From contig NC_086097.1 of NCBI RefSeq assembly GCF_963921235.1, positions 123,568,001 to 123,632,000 of the forward strand: 64,000 nt of DNA, given 5' to 3'. The position numbers were made by a program, and so were the translations under genes. The DNA comes from Mobula hypostoma (Eukaryota). This document shows positions 1 to 12,484 of this stretch, piece by piece; the stretch's first letter is position 1, and each line of letters opens with the position of its first letter. The notes beneath the pieces were generated by a model. It was not told where the DNA came from. It ran no database searches and saw only the letters and a list, made by a program, of their open reading frames with translations.

Positions 1-170
1 CTGAGCTCCTGTAATCCTGGCCTCTTGTATATCCATCATTTTAATCACTCTACCAAAACCATGCCTTCAGATGCCAAGAAACTAAGCTCTACAATTCTCT
101 TCTCTGACCTCTCTACCTACCTAATTCTGTTTGCCTTTAAGGCATTCCTTAAACACTATTCCATTCAGTG
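1..170 (+). mobile_element. Degraded L2-type LINE 3' fragment
   Basis: Degenerate match to an L2 ORF2 C-terminus pattern (LRSS..GLL....GGRAFS...PKLWNSLP-like); similar remnant at about 41965-42125. Confidence 0.45.
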
Positions 171-2229
171 TTGTTTAATATTCTGAGTTTTCATTCAAAC
201 AAACTCTACTGTAGTATTACGGATAAAGTTTGTAGAAAATCTTACTTCATATCAACCATATTTGCAAAATCAACTCAAAATATATTGTTCACATCAGCAA
301 CTTTAAATCTTGCTCTAAATAAATAATTGAACAGTTTACATAGGGTAGTTTTCTGGCCTTTTTAGTTTCTGAAGGGCCTCTGTCTCTCCTCACCCAAAGC
401 CTGACTTCAGCAATACATTCCATTGCTACAGCTGCTAGTCAGGTTAACAAATCAGGAATACTGTGCCTTTCCTGTAACTGCCCAAAAATAATGATGTAGA
501 ATTGTGGAGAAAAAAAAATCCATACAATAAGCTGCTTTTTTAATGCAGTTTTAGCTTTCTATGTTTCTGTTTAAAACCAAGCTATAAATACACTTATCTG
601 CCAACGGCAATATTTTCTTGATTCATTAGGAAAACTAAATTGCTACCCTTCTTTCATTTAGCAAATTACCAAACACAACTAAAAATGTTCCTACAGCTGT
701 CTTCAGGACTGAGGTTACATTTTTTTCCCCCTGAAGTCTTAGTATAAACATCCTGAGTCTGCATTCAGGCATTCTTGAAGCTATTGTGAATTAGGACTGC
801 TCACAACAAAAGGATTATCTTTTATCATATTGTTTCACAGTATTTCCACCAGTAGAAAATGCTGAAGAGGGAGCTAAAATTGCACTATCACTCATTTAAA
901 GATCATTCTGCACAAGAAAGTTGTACTTGACACATTTCATCATGTCTGCATAGATATATTGGACGATAGTTCTAATTTGAAACAATAGCTTTGTATTTGG
1001 TTGCCAGCATTAACTCACCTTGACAAAGCAATGCATTTGATGAGGAAAATGCCCAAACTGTTTTGTACAGTTTTACTCTAGTAAAATCTTTCACAGACCA
1101 ACATCTGGTTAAAAAGGCAGGAGCGTGCACTTCATAGAGTCAGATTGCACATTGAGCATCAGAGCACAGGAAGCACTAATTACTTCCATGCATACTTCCT
1201 ACAATTCAGTGACACAGATGTATTTAATGGATGACACCATTTTGAGATGTAAGTGCTAAGTGGATCAAAGATTGGCCATTTAGCAGAATCTATTTAACCA
1301 AGGATAAAGAATTGACATCACAGCTGGAAATAACCTACTGCAAATTTTACTTTTGCTTTCCTTGACACTTAATGCTGAAGTTTTGTGTTTCATTGAAATT
1401 GCTCCCAACATGCAACTCACTTCATTACAGTGTTTGCACAACTCACTTTTCAGTCTTTTACACATATAGAATCTATATTTTAGGGGCATCATAATTCCCT
1501 TGAAAATCATACACTTTAACTTTACAAAGCAAAGACAAAAGTACATCTTCAAATCTGAAAACCTCATTGCTAACATTAGTTTAATAGGTTATTTGTAAGG
1601 TTTTCTTTCCTTCTACTTTGAGAAGTAAAAGCTGGATTTTAATATAAAGTGAGACGAGGCTGTGTTGTATTTGAAGTAGTCCTGTCCGGTAAGATATTTA
1701 TCCCTTTAAATCAGATACTGTACTTGAGAGTTTAGATACTTGTTTGGCCCTAGGTTATCATCACACTAAATGTTGCTTTGTCAAGGTGCCTCTTTATATG
1801 AAGACGCTGTATCTCATTTTACCACATAGTGCTGTGTAAATATTGCTGTATAAGTCTGTCCTGCCAGTATTTTGGAAGAGTTAAAACAGGGTAGTGAAAT
1901 TTAAATGCTGATATAATTAAAACACTCGTGTTTAACCAATATAATTAGAATTGGTAGCATTCAACAAATATTTCTTCAAAACGCTAATTGTTGACTTCTG
2001 TATATACATATTCTACTAAATCTTAAAGAAACTGCCTAAGTATAACCCAGTACATTATTAATGGGTAAGTAAATGTTGTTCTCCTTTACACTAATGGACT
2101 GAAGAATGACAATAAACAATCTTAAATTTTGAAGAAATGATCAAATTCATTATTGCCTTCAACATGTCGGCACAGCATTTAATTGATTGACAGACACTGT
2201 AACAGAAAATCGTGACCGCAGAATGGATA

Positions 2230-2870
2230 TACATCTCACAGTCTACAAGTAGCCATGATAACAGCCTTTCTGCAGTCTTCTGAGACCTGGACTGCCTACA
2301 GCAGGCACCTTAAGACATTGGAAAGATACCATTAATGGTATCTCCAAAAAATATTAGAAAGTTTTTGACAAGAACAGACCATTCATCCCAACAAAGCTTG
2401 TTAATTTCCCATTTACATAGTGCGTTGAACACTAAACATCAGTGTCCTTCTTGGCCATTCCTCAATATTGAAGCACTCAGTTAGCTAGACTGGGTACTCA
2501 CACCCCCAGCACTGACGCTCCCGAAACAGCATCCCTAAATGAATATTCTATTTCTAGCTCCAGCACAGGAAGACACAAAAGACGAAAAGATTCAGGGAAA
2601 TGCTCAAAGTGTCATTGAAAAGTGCCAAACCCCCACTGATTCCTGGAAACCTCAGACCCATGACCACTCGAAGTGGAGAAGAATGTTTTTTGACAACCTC
2701 GAGCAGGCAGTTACCCTGTGTATATAGTAGAAGTAGTGCAGCACTTTACACCCGCCCACTGCTGCTGTCACTTCCATTCCATATGGAAAAGTCCGCAATT
2801 CCCACATTGACTTCATTAGTCACTTCAGAACCCACAAAACCAGATTCATCCCAAAGGAATGCATATAAAG
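2230..2870 (+). mobile_element. Ancient RTE-clade LINE 3' fragment
   Basis: Translates with stops as VYKVAMITAFLQSSETWTAYSRHLKTLERYH*WYLQKIL and later IEKCQTPTDSWKPQTHDHSKWRR, typical of the RTE C-terminal region. Confidence 0.65.
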
Positions 2871-3420
2871 AAGTATAATGACTAGGACTACTTCAAAACC
2901 TTAGAACAAAAGCTCACAGTTCATGTTTATGTTACAAATTAAAACAGTATCATTGCTTTGTTCATCACTTGGAAAAAATCTTTGAGTTCATTGGCCCAAG
3001 CTCTTAGCCACTAAAAGATCCAAAGAGAGACTTAATATATGCCAAGTAGATTTTTTTGGCTTTGGTTACTAGGGCATTTAATTTTTGAAAATCCACCTGC
3101 ATAATTAAGAATTTTCAAGCAGCTGCTAAGTAAAATGCAATGGTTTATTTCAGTTTGCTAAATTTTGTACACTTTAGGAATACATCTATTTCTCTTCATT
3201 TATTGAGTTCTGGCACTGGTTAATAAATCTACAGTTCTATGACTCCAGAGGTTACTGCTAGATGTTAATTTATTAAGATCATGCAACATGTCAGCACAGA
3301 ACACACATGTTTTCTACTGCTTATCCAGCCAAGATGATTTTTGCTTTGTTTTTTAAAAATGCATTGGATCAAAGAAAATATTTCCAAGAAAAACACATAC
3401 ACTCACAGTTCATACAAATG

Positions 3421-3836
3421 CAGGGAACATTATTCCCTGGAGTGTAGGAAAATGAGGGGAGATTTGATAGAGGTATACAAAATTATGAGGGGTGTAGACA
3501 GGGTGAATGCAAGCAGGCTTTTTCCACTGAGGTTGGATGAGACTGCAACTAGTGATCATGGGTTAAGGACAAAAGGTGAAATATTTAAGGGGGATCTGAG
3601 AGGGGACCTCTTCACTCAGAGAGTGGTGCCAGAGTGGAACAATTTGCCAGCAGAAATGGTGGACGTGCGTTCAATTTCAACATTTAAGAGAAATTTGGAT
3701 AAGTACATGGATGGGAGGGGTATGGAGAGTTATGGGTCAGGTGTAGGTTGATGGGACTAGGTAGAGTAACAGTGCAGCATGGACTAGATGGGCCAAAGGG
3801 CCTGATTCTGTGCTGTAATGCTCTATGGCTCTATGA
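3421..3836 (+). mobile_element. CR1 LINE 3' end
   Basis: YSLECRKMRGDLIEVYKIMRG...FTQRVV..WNNLP C-terminus, 3'UTR gggccaaagggcc and (ctctatg) tail. Confidence 0.9.
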
Positions 3837-4116
3837 GTATTGTTCATGTGCCTCTTCTTATCAGTACTGAGGCAGTTCAAGCTGGCATCATAAGGTCACT
3901 GAATACTAATGCTATTGACTGGCTCAGAGACAGTGAACTGACTGTCTAGTCAGCATCATGGGGTGGCCAATGCTGTCTATCATTTATCCGCAAGATGATT
4001 CAACCCTCCCCTTATACCTTATTAGACATCCGGTTGGGTATGTGATATCATCTGTTAATATAATTGTTCTGTAGCTAGCTGAAGATGAACTGAAAAACAG
4101 TGTAATAATAGAGAAT

Positions 4117-4290
4117 CAACACACACAAAATGCTGAAGCAGGTCAAAAAGCAGCTCAGCTAGCGTCTATGGCGTCCTGATAAAGGGCCTCAGCTCAAAAC
4201 ATCAACTGTTTATTGATGCTGCCTGACCTGCTGAGTTCCTCCATCATTTCGTGTGTGTTGTTCTGGATTTCCAGCATCTGCAGAATCGCT
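4117..4290. mobile_element. Palindromic Penelope pLTR-derived mini-element
   Basis: Arms caacacacacaaaatgctg / catcatttcgtgtgtgttg; degenerate hammerhead remnant cctgataaagggcctcagctcaaaacatcaactg. Confidence 0.7.
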
Positions 4291-4789
4291 TGTAGTTATG
4301 GATTACACCTATTTTTGGTTAGTTGTTTAGACACCACATTTGACCTGATATCAACGTGGGTGTCACCAAAAAAAAAATGAAATTGGAACATTTTACTTTT
4401 GAAAAGAAAATCAAGATTTTTTCCAGCATTTTATGTGTGTTGCTCAAGATTTCCAGCATCTGCAGAATCTCTTGTGTTTATAATAATAGATGTTTTCCTT
4501 TGTTCTGTGGAGAATTGGCTGGAACAAACGTAGAATTTTTCTCCACTGAAGATGAACAATCAAACTTTAATGATTTTAATGGACCGGGTTTCAGGCACTT
4601 CTTCAACCAATTGATTTTCCCCCAACGCAGATTTACAGCCTACACAACGTATATTACATCATACATTGAACAATCTCTTCTATCACTTAAACGTAGCCAA
4701 GTTCTTTGACTACTTAAACATAGTCAAAGAACATATATGTCACAATATACTACCTTGAGATTCATTTTCTTGCAGGCATTCACAGTAGA

Positions 4790-5184
4790 CCTCCAAGAGG
4801 ACCGCAGCCTTGTCGTAGCTCAGAAGCTGGCGTGCTTCAATGACCCGGAGAGCTCTGTTGGCTGCAGTCAGGACTTTATGCTTTGGCTCTTAGTAGGGCC
4901 ACCCATGACAAACAGGTCAAAGGGTAGAGGGCAGCAATCCTCCATGTTCAGGGTTTCAGCTCAAGGACAAACCACCCTGACTGGCCAAACAAAACTGTTA
5001 TGGAAACAGCAATGAATTCTACATCTGTGTGCGACAGTATTCCTGAGTCTCGACATGGGACTTGCATGGCGACGGTAAACCGAGAGGAGGCTACGGACAT
5101 GATGAAGGAAGCTGTGAATGCTACCAGTAATAGAGGACCTTCACTGCTGCCCTAAACGCCAGTGGAGTAACGGGAAAAAGAAGA
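4790..5184 (+). mobile_element. Bipartite non-autonomous RTE (Rex3/Expander-like 5'UTR plus RTE 3' end), inserted into a Rex1/Babar 3'UTR fragment (4734-5210, minus)
   Basis: Perfect 12-bp TSD ATTCACAGTAGA (4778-4789, 5185-5196); 5' gccttgtcgt...caatgaccc...gtagggccacccatgacaaacaggtc; 3' ggaccttcactgctgccctaaacgccag and A/G-rich tail. Confidence 0.7.
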
Positions 5185-5679
5185 ATTCACAGTAGAATAA
5201 AGAAATACAATTATAGGTCCTCTGTCTGAGTGCTTAACACTTTCATAAGTAGATGAATTAGTGACACAAATTTAGTCCAATGTGTTTGATCCAACATTCC
5301 CTTGTATATACGTATATGTTTGCAAGGATCCCGAGGTTGGGTTCTGAGCATTTCAGAAGAATGGAATATAGGGGAAGTAATGGGACAGGGTTATTGGGAA
5401 GGTTAGAGAGGTGAAATTAGCCCGGTATGGAAAAGGCATTTTGGCTCATGTCAGAAAGCAGAATCTGTGTTGTTGATGATGAGAAGTAACAAAAGACAGA
5501 AAGCACAAATGGAAGCTGTTTATGGGGCCCTTAACTGTTGCAATACAGTCAACAGACCATCAATCAAAAAACAACAAGCACGGGGGACTTTAATCATCAT
5601 ACAGAATAGGAAAAATAAACTGGCAGTTAGTCTTGTGGATGAGTTCTCAGAATGCATTCAGGTCAATTTCTCACAATAA

Positions 5680-6575
5680 TTCAAAGTTCAAAGTAAACTT
5701 ATTATTAAAGTATGTATATGTCACCATTTACTACCCTGAGATTCATTTTTCTTGCAGGCATTCACAGGAGAAAAAAGAACTACAATGGAATCAATACAGA
5801 CAAGGGCTGATGAGCAACCAATGTGCAAAAGACAAACTGTGCAAATATAAAAAACAGGTAATAATAATAAGTAGATAAGTAAATAAGTAACACTGAGGAC
5901 ATGAGTTGTAGAGTCTTTGAAAATGAGTCCATAGGCTGTGAAATTAGTTCCAGTGTTAAAATGAGTGAAGTTATCCACTCTGGTTCAGGAGCCTGATGGT
6001 TGAGGGGTAATAACTGTTCCTGAACCCAGTGGTGTGAGACTGAAAGTGCACCTCCTTCCAGATGGCAGCAATGAAAAGAGAGAGCAGCCTGGATGATAGG
6101 AGTCCTTTATGACAGATGCTGCTTTCTTGTGGCAGTGCTCCAGGAATGCTCCATATGTCACTACTTCAGGGCATGACGACCCCGCCTAACACAAGTCCCG
6201 GGCTCAGCTGGCTCCAGCTGACAGTACCCGGTATGGGCCCCCATCCAGGGTTACGGATCGCACTGCCTTGTGGGTATCTTCGGGAGAAGGGAAGGCTAAG
6301 CAGTAAACCATACACAAATCCAGAGGTAGTTGGATGACGTATCACGTCACCTCCCGGCAGCTCCTGCAGCCAAGCTGATGCCAAATGTACTGCTTTGCAT
6401 TCCTTTGGACCACATCCGCAAGGCTGAGAGGGGGATCTTGATGTCTGGGCAGCCCAGGATTTCCATATATATCGCCCAGGTCTGCGCCCCGGAACGGGTG
6501 TATCCATCGTCTACTTAGACAGACGGAGCCATGAATGCTCCAAATAGATATGTACAATGGACTGGGCTGTGCCCA
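5680..6575 (-). mobile_element. Rex1/Babar LINE 3' fragment
   Basis: Reverse complement of the 3'UTR and (tttgaac) tail seen on the long copy at 12485-15035. Confidence 0.8.
6143..6535 (+). mobile_element. Vingi/Ingi-related non-autonomous element
   Basis: GC-rich insert in Rex1/Babar with TSD tgctcca (6136-6142, 6536-6542); motifs aaggctaagcagtaaacc, ctcctgcagccaagctgatgccaaa, gcagcccagg, gacagacgg; homologous to 38940-39530. Confidence 0.65.
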
Positions 6576-7364
6576 TCACTGTATTGAGACAAGTAGAACT
6601 ACAAGAAGTAAAGAATTGCCTGAAAAAGAATGAAACTATATAATTTCACAATCAATTTGAAAATGATAAACCTTGTCCAAGGAAGATATCCTAAATTTAC
6701 AAAAGATAATTGCACGGGTATAAGGAGTGAGTTGGATGAAGCAGATTAGGAAATTAGATTAAAAGGTAATGCAGTACATAAAATGTAAATATCTAAAGAG
6801 CTATTTTATAATTTTCAATGAACAGACATTTCACTGAAATTCAGTCTCTCTGATCAAACTCGATGGGCCATATGGCCTAATTTTGCTCCTGTGTCTCATG
6901 GTCATCAGTTGTCAGAAAAATGCAAGAGTCCATGATTAAGTAAGTAACAGCAAGGCACTTAGAAAAGCAGAACATGTCTAGGCAGAGTCTATATGGTTTT
7001 AGTTGAAAGAAAAATAGTGCTTAACAAATTGTTAAGAGTTCCTTAAGGATATAATAAGCATGATAGAAAATTATTGTAATAAATTTGAATTTCCTGAAGC
7101 CATTCAATAAAATGCTACTGCACACGATAAAGCTGGGGGTAAAATACATATTTGAACAGAGGATTGGTTAGGAGATAAGGAACATTAACTATAATTAATG
7201 GGGTCCTTCAGGGATAGTGCTGGTGCTTTGACTATTTATGTTAATTTTATATATATATAACCTAGACAAAAGGATCAAGTGCAATGCGTGCACATTTATT
7301 GTTATATAAGTATAAATGGGAGATAAGGTATGAGGAAGGTACTAATGTCTAAAAAAATGGATTA

Positions 7365-7925
7365 TACCCATCCAAAATGATGGAGGAACTCAGATGGTCT
7401 GGTAGCATTTATGGAGAGGACAAAATTGACATTTCAGGCCAAGACTCTTCACCGGGACTAGAAAGGAAGGGGAAAGAAGCCAGAATAAGAAAGTGGGGGA
7501 CAGGAAGGAGTACAAACTGGCAGGTGAAAGGTGAGACCAGGTGAGGGGGAGGGTGGGTGAAGGGTGAGGAGTGAAGAAAGAAGCTGGGAGGTAATAGGTT
7601 GAAGAGGTAACATGCTGGTGACTTCCTTTTCCCACATTCCAGTCCATGGCTTCCTCTGCTGCCTCAAGGAGGTCATTCTCAGGTTTGAGGAGAAACATTT
7701 CATATTCCCTCTGGGTGGCCATCAACCTGATAGCATGAACATTGATTTCTCTAACTTCCAGTATTTTCTCCACTTCTGCCTTCTCTCTTTTTCCATTCCA
7801 CATTGTGGCCCCCTGCCTACCACTTCCCTTCTCCTCACATGCCCATCACTTCCTTCATGTGGTCATCTTTCTTCTCTTTCTCCAATGGTCCACTCTCATC
7901 TCCTACCATATTCCTTCTTCTTCTG
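7365..7925. mobile_element. Penelope-like insertion: inverted pLTR plus GIY-YIG C-terminus/pLTR
   Basis: 7365-7610 is the reverse-oriented pLTR; 7620-7925 encodes LRFEEKHFIFPLGGHQPDSMNIDFSNF. Confidence 0.85.
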
Positions 7926-7999
7926 ACTTGGAAAGTCTTCATTTTAACCACATCCATTAACAATGATGGCTTTCCAGTCGCAGAGAGAAATTCTACTCT

Positions 8000-8530
8000 A
8001 ATTCTGCTTCACATTCCCATTCTGACATGTCGGTCCATGGCCTCTTTGCCATGATGAAACCATTCTCAGGTTGGAGGAGCATACCTCATATTCCATCTGT
8101 GTAGCCATCAATCTGATGGCATGAACATCAAGTTCTCTCCCCTTCCCCTTTGCTCTTTTCCCATTCCCTATCCTCGCTCCCCTCTTACCCTTTCCCTTCT
8201 CCTCACCTGCCTCTGGTGCCCCCTGCCCCATTCCTTTCTCCCATGGTCCACTCCTATCAGATTCCTTCTTCTTCAACCCTTTAGCTCTGCCACCTATCAC
8301 CTCCCAGTTTCTTACTTCATCACCCCTCCCCCATCCACCCACCTTTCCCCTCACCTGGTTTCACCTATCGCTTGCGAACTCATACTCCTTTCCATTCCCC
8401 TGCCATCTTATTCTGACTTCTTTCCCCTTCTATTCCAGTCCTGATGAAAGGTCTTGGCTTGAAACATTGAAATGTGGCTGTTTATTCTCCTCCATTGATG
8501 CTGCCTGGCATCCTGACCATCTCCAGCCTT
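8000..8530 (+). mobile_element. Penelope-like 3' fragment (GIY-YIG tail plus pLTR)
   Basis: RLEEH-LIFHL..HQSDGMNIKFS, pyrimidine-rich pLTR and ctgatga...gaaa motif. Confidence 0.85.
8436..8470 (+). ncRNA. Degenerate minimal hammerhead ribozyme motif
   Basis: cagtc-CTGATGA-a-aggt cttg gctt-GAAA-catt; both core boxes are intact but the 3' strand of stem I is disrupted. Confidence 0.55.
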
Positions 8531-8704
8531 CTACCAACCTCTTGCAATGAATGATGGGATTCTCATGTGGTACATGATTCGGTGCACTTCAACAGCAAAA
8601 TCTCATTTGCAAACAAAAATACAGTATTCCTTTAAATCCTCCTCCATTTCAACAGCACAGTTATCGATTTTGAACAGCCATCCTGTACAAGCAAGAGTTT
8701 GAAC

Positions 8705-8885
8705 AGGTTGTCTTCTTTTGCACATTGGTTATTTGTCAGTCTTTCTGTGCAGTTTTTCTTTGATTCTAGTGTGTTTCTTTGTTCTACTGTGAATGCCTGC
8801 AAGAAAATGAATCTCAGTAATATATCGTGACATATGCGTACTTTGAAAATAAAATTTCCTTTGAACTTTGAATTTTGACTTTTGA
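8705..8885 (+). mobile_element. Rex1/Babar 3'UTR fragment
   Basis: gcctgcaagaaaatgaatctcag...aataaa...(tttgaac) tail. Confidence 0.8.
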
Positions 8886-9600
8886 CAGTGTATGGTCCTT
8901 TGTCAGGAGATCACCATTTCATCTGCAGGATGGGAATAAGCTGGCTATGTAGCAAAGGCATTTCTGGTTGCTATCACATTCTGTAATCAGACAATGTGGA
9001 AAATTAATATTACAGACTTTTATGGTAATTGAAACTCAAAACAGATCTACAGATGCTGGAGATCCAAAATAAAACCAGAAAACACAGGAAAAAGCTCAGC
9101 AAGTCAGCCAGCATCTGTAGAAAGAGAAACAGCTAATATTCCTGACTCCAGCTTCAGTTTCTGTTACAGACGTTTGTGATTGCATTTTTATTTGCTACCA
9201 GCACTGTTTTGATTTAGTACTTTAAAACCGACACAAAGACAGAAAAAAAATCTATTTTCATGCCAGAACTACTCAGAGTTAATTCTCCTTTACAACTACT
9301 TAGAAGAAATAAAGACATTCAGCACTGGCTCTTGGGTGACCAAGTGTTAGAATGTCATGCAGCATATCTTGTTAGGTTTTTATTTGTTGGGTATATGCAT
9401 TGCAATTCCTAGCAAGTCCCACTCCAATTGCATTTTACAAGTCAGTAATGCCTAAAGAGTCCACTACATAGTTGTGGTCCAAGCATAAACCAGACTGAGC
9501 AAGGAAATTAGAATCCTTTTTATAAGGAACTCTAGTAAACCAGATGGGTTCTTACTACAATCCAGTAGTTTTATGATCCTCATTATCGTCACTAGCTTTT

Positions 9601-10049
9601 CACTCAGTAGTTACTTTATTAGGTACCTCCTGTACCAAATAAAGTGGTCACTGAGTGTATGTTCGTGGCCTTCTGCTGCTGTATCCTATCCACTTCAAGG
9701 TTTGACGTGTTATGCATTCCGAGAGGCTCTTCTGCACAACACTATCGTAACAGGTGGTTATCTGAGCTTCTCCCACCTTCTTGTCAGTTTGAACCAGTCT
9801 ATCCATTCTCCACTGAACTAGAGACTGTTGTTTCTGTGATACTCAAACCACCCCATCTGATACCAACAATCATTCCATGGTCAAATAATCACATTCCTAC
9901 CCCATTCTGATGTTTGGTCTGAACAACAACTGAATCTCTTGACCATGTCTGCATGCTTTTATACATTGAGTTACTGCCACATGATTGGCTGATTAGATAT
10001 TTGCATAAATGAGGAGTACAGATGTACCTAATAAAGTGGCCAATGAGTG
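9601..10049 (-). mobile_element. Non-autonomous Tc1 derivative with three TIRs
   Basis: TIR cactcagtggccactttattaggtac-like at 9601, inverted ending 9657 and inverted ending 10049; TA after 9657 and after 10049; body is the Tc1 transposase N-terminus. Confidence 0.85.
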
Positions 10050-10051
10050 TA

Positions 10052-10622
10052 TGTAGTATCATATACTACCCTGAGATTTATTTTCTGCAGATACTCACAG
10101 TAGAACAAAGAGATGCAATAGAATCAATGAAAAACTACGTGCAAGACTGACAAAGAACCAATGTGTAAAATAAGACTAACTGTGCAAACTAACTAAATAA
10201 ACAAATAAATAAATACTGCACAATTATAATACAAACAAATAATAACATTGATTGTTCATTCACTTTCATAGACGCTGCCTGACCTCCTGAGTCCCTCCAG
10301 CATTTTGTGTGTGTTGCTCTGGATTTCCTGAATCTGAAGAATCTCTTGTGTTTATAGTAATAAATAAATAAATAATGCTGAGACCATGACTCATAGAATC
10401 CTTGAAAGTCAATCCTCAATTTGTGTTCACTGTTGAGGTGAGCGAAGTTATCCTTGCTCGTTCAGGAACCAGATGGTTAAATGTTGATAACTGTTCCTGA
10501 ACCTGGTGGTGTGGGATCTAAGGCTCCTGTATCTCTTTCTCAATTGCAGCAGTGAGAAGAGAGCTTGGAGGTCCTTAACGGTCGATGCTGCTTTCTTGTG
10601 GCAACACTCTTTGTAGATGTGC
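10052..10622 (-). mobile_element. Rex1/Babar 3' fragment with a Penelope pLTR end inserted (about 10245-10350)
   Basis: Same 3'UTR family; insert gctgcctgacctcctgagtccctccagcattttgtgtgtgttg. Confidence 0.8.
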
Positions 10623-11894
10623 TTCCACCACTTTTACCAGAGCCATTATTTTTTAATCACGAATAAGCAGAAGAAGGGGGAAAATTATTGATATCTTTTC
10701 TTTCAGAATAACATCAAATTTTCTACATCTTCTGCAAACCAAACCTATTAAAGCAAATTTGTTGTGATGATTTTCTGCTGTACATTTGACTTAAATAATT
10801 TCTACCCTGTTATCTCCAGAGTCATTACTTTTAATTCAAATGTATATAAGGAAGAAGAAGCAGGTGATTAAGGAGATCATATCATTAGAGAGGAATGCAG
10901 ACAGGAGACCTGTTTTTGAGTTTCTTCATGGTTCCATGGGGAATTATAGATATCTTTTCTTTTTTAAATTGTACAAAAAGACTTTTCAAGTAGTTCATTA
11001 GAATTCAAACATTATATGTGAAGCCAAGAATGGGACTGTGTGCTTAAAAGTGAAAGCTAAGACAGACAGGCTAGAAATCTCATAAAATAAGAATGAGTAT
11101 AGATTTGCCAGATGTTTCCTTTGGTAGGTTCCACATACAGTAAATGGAATTGGAAAATGCTTCTGTCTTATTTCTTGAATTCTCCAACAACTTTCTCTGT
11201 GGGTCAAAACTGAATTTCTTAACGTCAGAATGAGTTACTTCAGAGAAAGGTAGGGCTGGAAAAATTTTGACTGTTATATATCAGGATTAAGCATTGAGCT
11301 GAAATATTTCACACTCTCCCATACTGAAAGGTGGAAGTTTGGCCCTGATTACTTAGCCTTTCCCCAAAGACCGCACTTGAGGGCTGATATTTAGCTTGCA
11401 CGACTTTGTCCCAATTCCAATAGAACTCCAATAACCTGGCACTGATTATTTGGAAATCCTGGTGGTACAGCATTTGAATTGCTCATTAGTTCATTATTTG
11501 GGTCATGGGCCGTAGTGAATTATTTCACGAAATGAGGCTCTTTGGCCCAACTTGCCTATGCCGACTATAGTGCCCACAAAGTCAGTCCCACTTGCCTGTG
11601 CTTGACCCAAATCCTTCCAAACCCTTCTAACTATCAACTTATAGCATCATTTTGTTTTCAAATGTTGTTATTTTCCTTGCCTCAACAACCTCCTCCAGCA
11701 ACTCATTCTATTTACGCACCACTTTCTGGTGAAGAAGTTAGCCCCTCAGGTCCATTTTTAATCTCTCAACTTTCAGCTTAAACCTCTGCCGTCTTGTTTT
11801 AAGTTCCCCTTCCCTGGGAAAAAAAGAATTTTGTGTTCACTCTATCTGCACCCCTGACAATTACACACACCTCAATAAGGACACCCCTCAAATT

Positions 11895-12483
11895 TAAAAT
11901 CAAAGGTCAAAATCACAGTCAATTTATTATCAAAGTGTCACCATATACTACCTTGAGATTCATTTTGTTTCAGGTATTTACAGGAAAATAAAGAAATGCA
12001 ATAGAATTTATGGAAAATTATACATAAATAAAGACTGAAAATACAACCAATGTGTGAAAGAAGACAAACTGTGCAAAGAAAATATATATGAGAACATGAG
12101 TTGTAGAGTCCTTGAAAGTGAGTCTGTAGGTTGTGGAATCAGTTCAGAATTGAGTTGAGTGAGGTTATCCACGTCAATTCAAAAGCTGTTCCTGAACCTA
12201 GCGTTGTGGGTCCTGTCCAAGGGTAGTAGTTAGAAGAGAGCATGACCTCAGTGATGGCTGTCCTTGTTGATGGATGCTGCTTTCTTGTGGCAGCACTCCT
12301 TGTAAATGTCCTCAGTGCTGGGGAGGACTTTGCCTCTGAAGGACAGGTCTGTGTCTACCACTTTCTGAAGATGTTTTTGAACTGGGGCATTGGCGTTTCC
12401 ATACCAGGCTGCAATGCAAACAGCCAGAATTCACTCCACTGTGCACTGTGCAAGCCCCACTTCGAAGTTCATCAAAGTTTTAG
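11895..12483 (-). mobile_element. Rex1/Babar 3' fragment (resumes at 15037-15070)
   Basis: 3'UTR plus C-terminal ORF2 remnant; the sequence resumes after the 12485-15035 insert. Confidence 0.75.
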
Positions 12484-12484
12484 G

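Larger units (their letters stand above)
5215..7370 (+). mobile_element. Highly degraded CR1 ORF2, interrupted at 5680-6575
   Basis: APE remnants (gtttatgggg, ggggactttaat = GDFN) and RT remnants (HGF..CLTNLL-like, PQGSVL-like) with many lesions. Confidence 0.55.

Noticed and set aside
7390..8444. Pro/Ser/Leu-rich and Gly/Lys/Arg-rich ORFs
   Set aside because: Artefacts of the purine/pyrimidine-skewed Penelope pLTR
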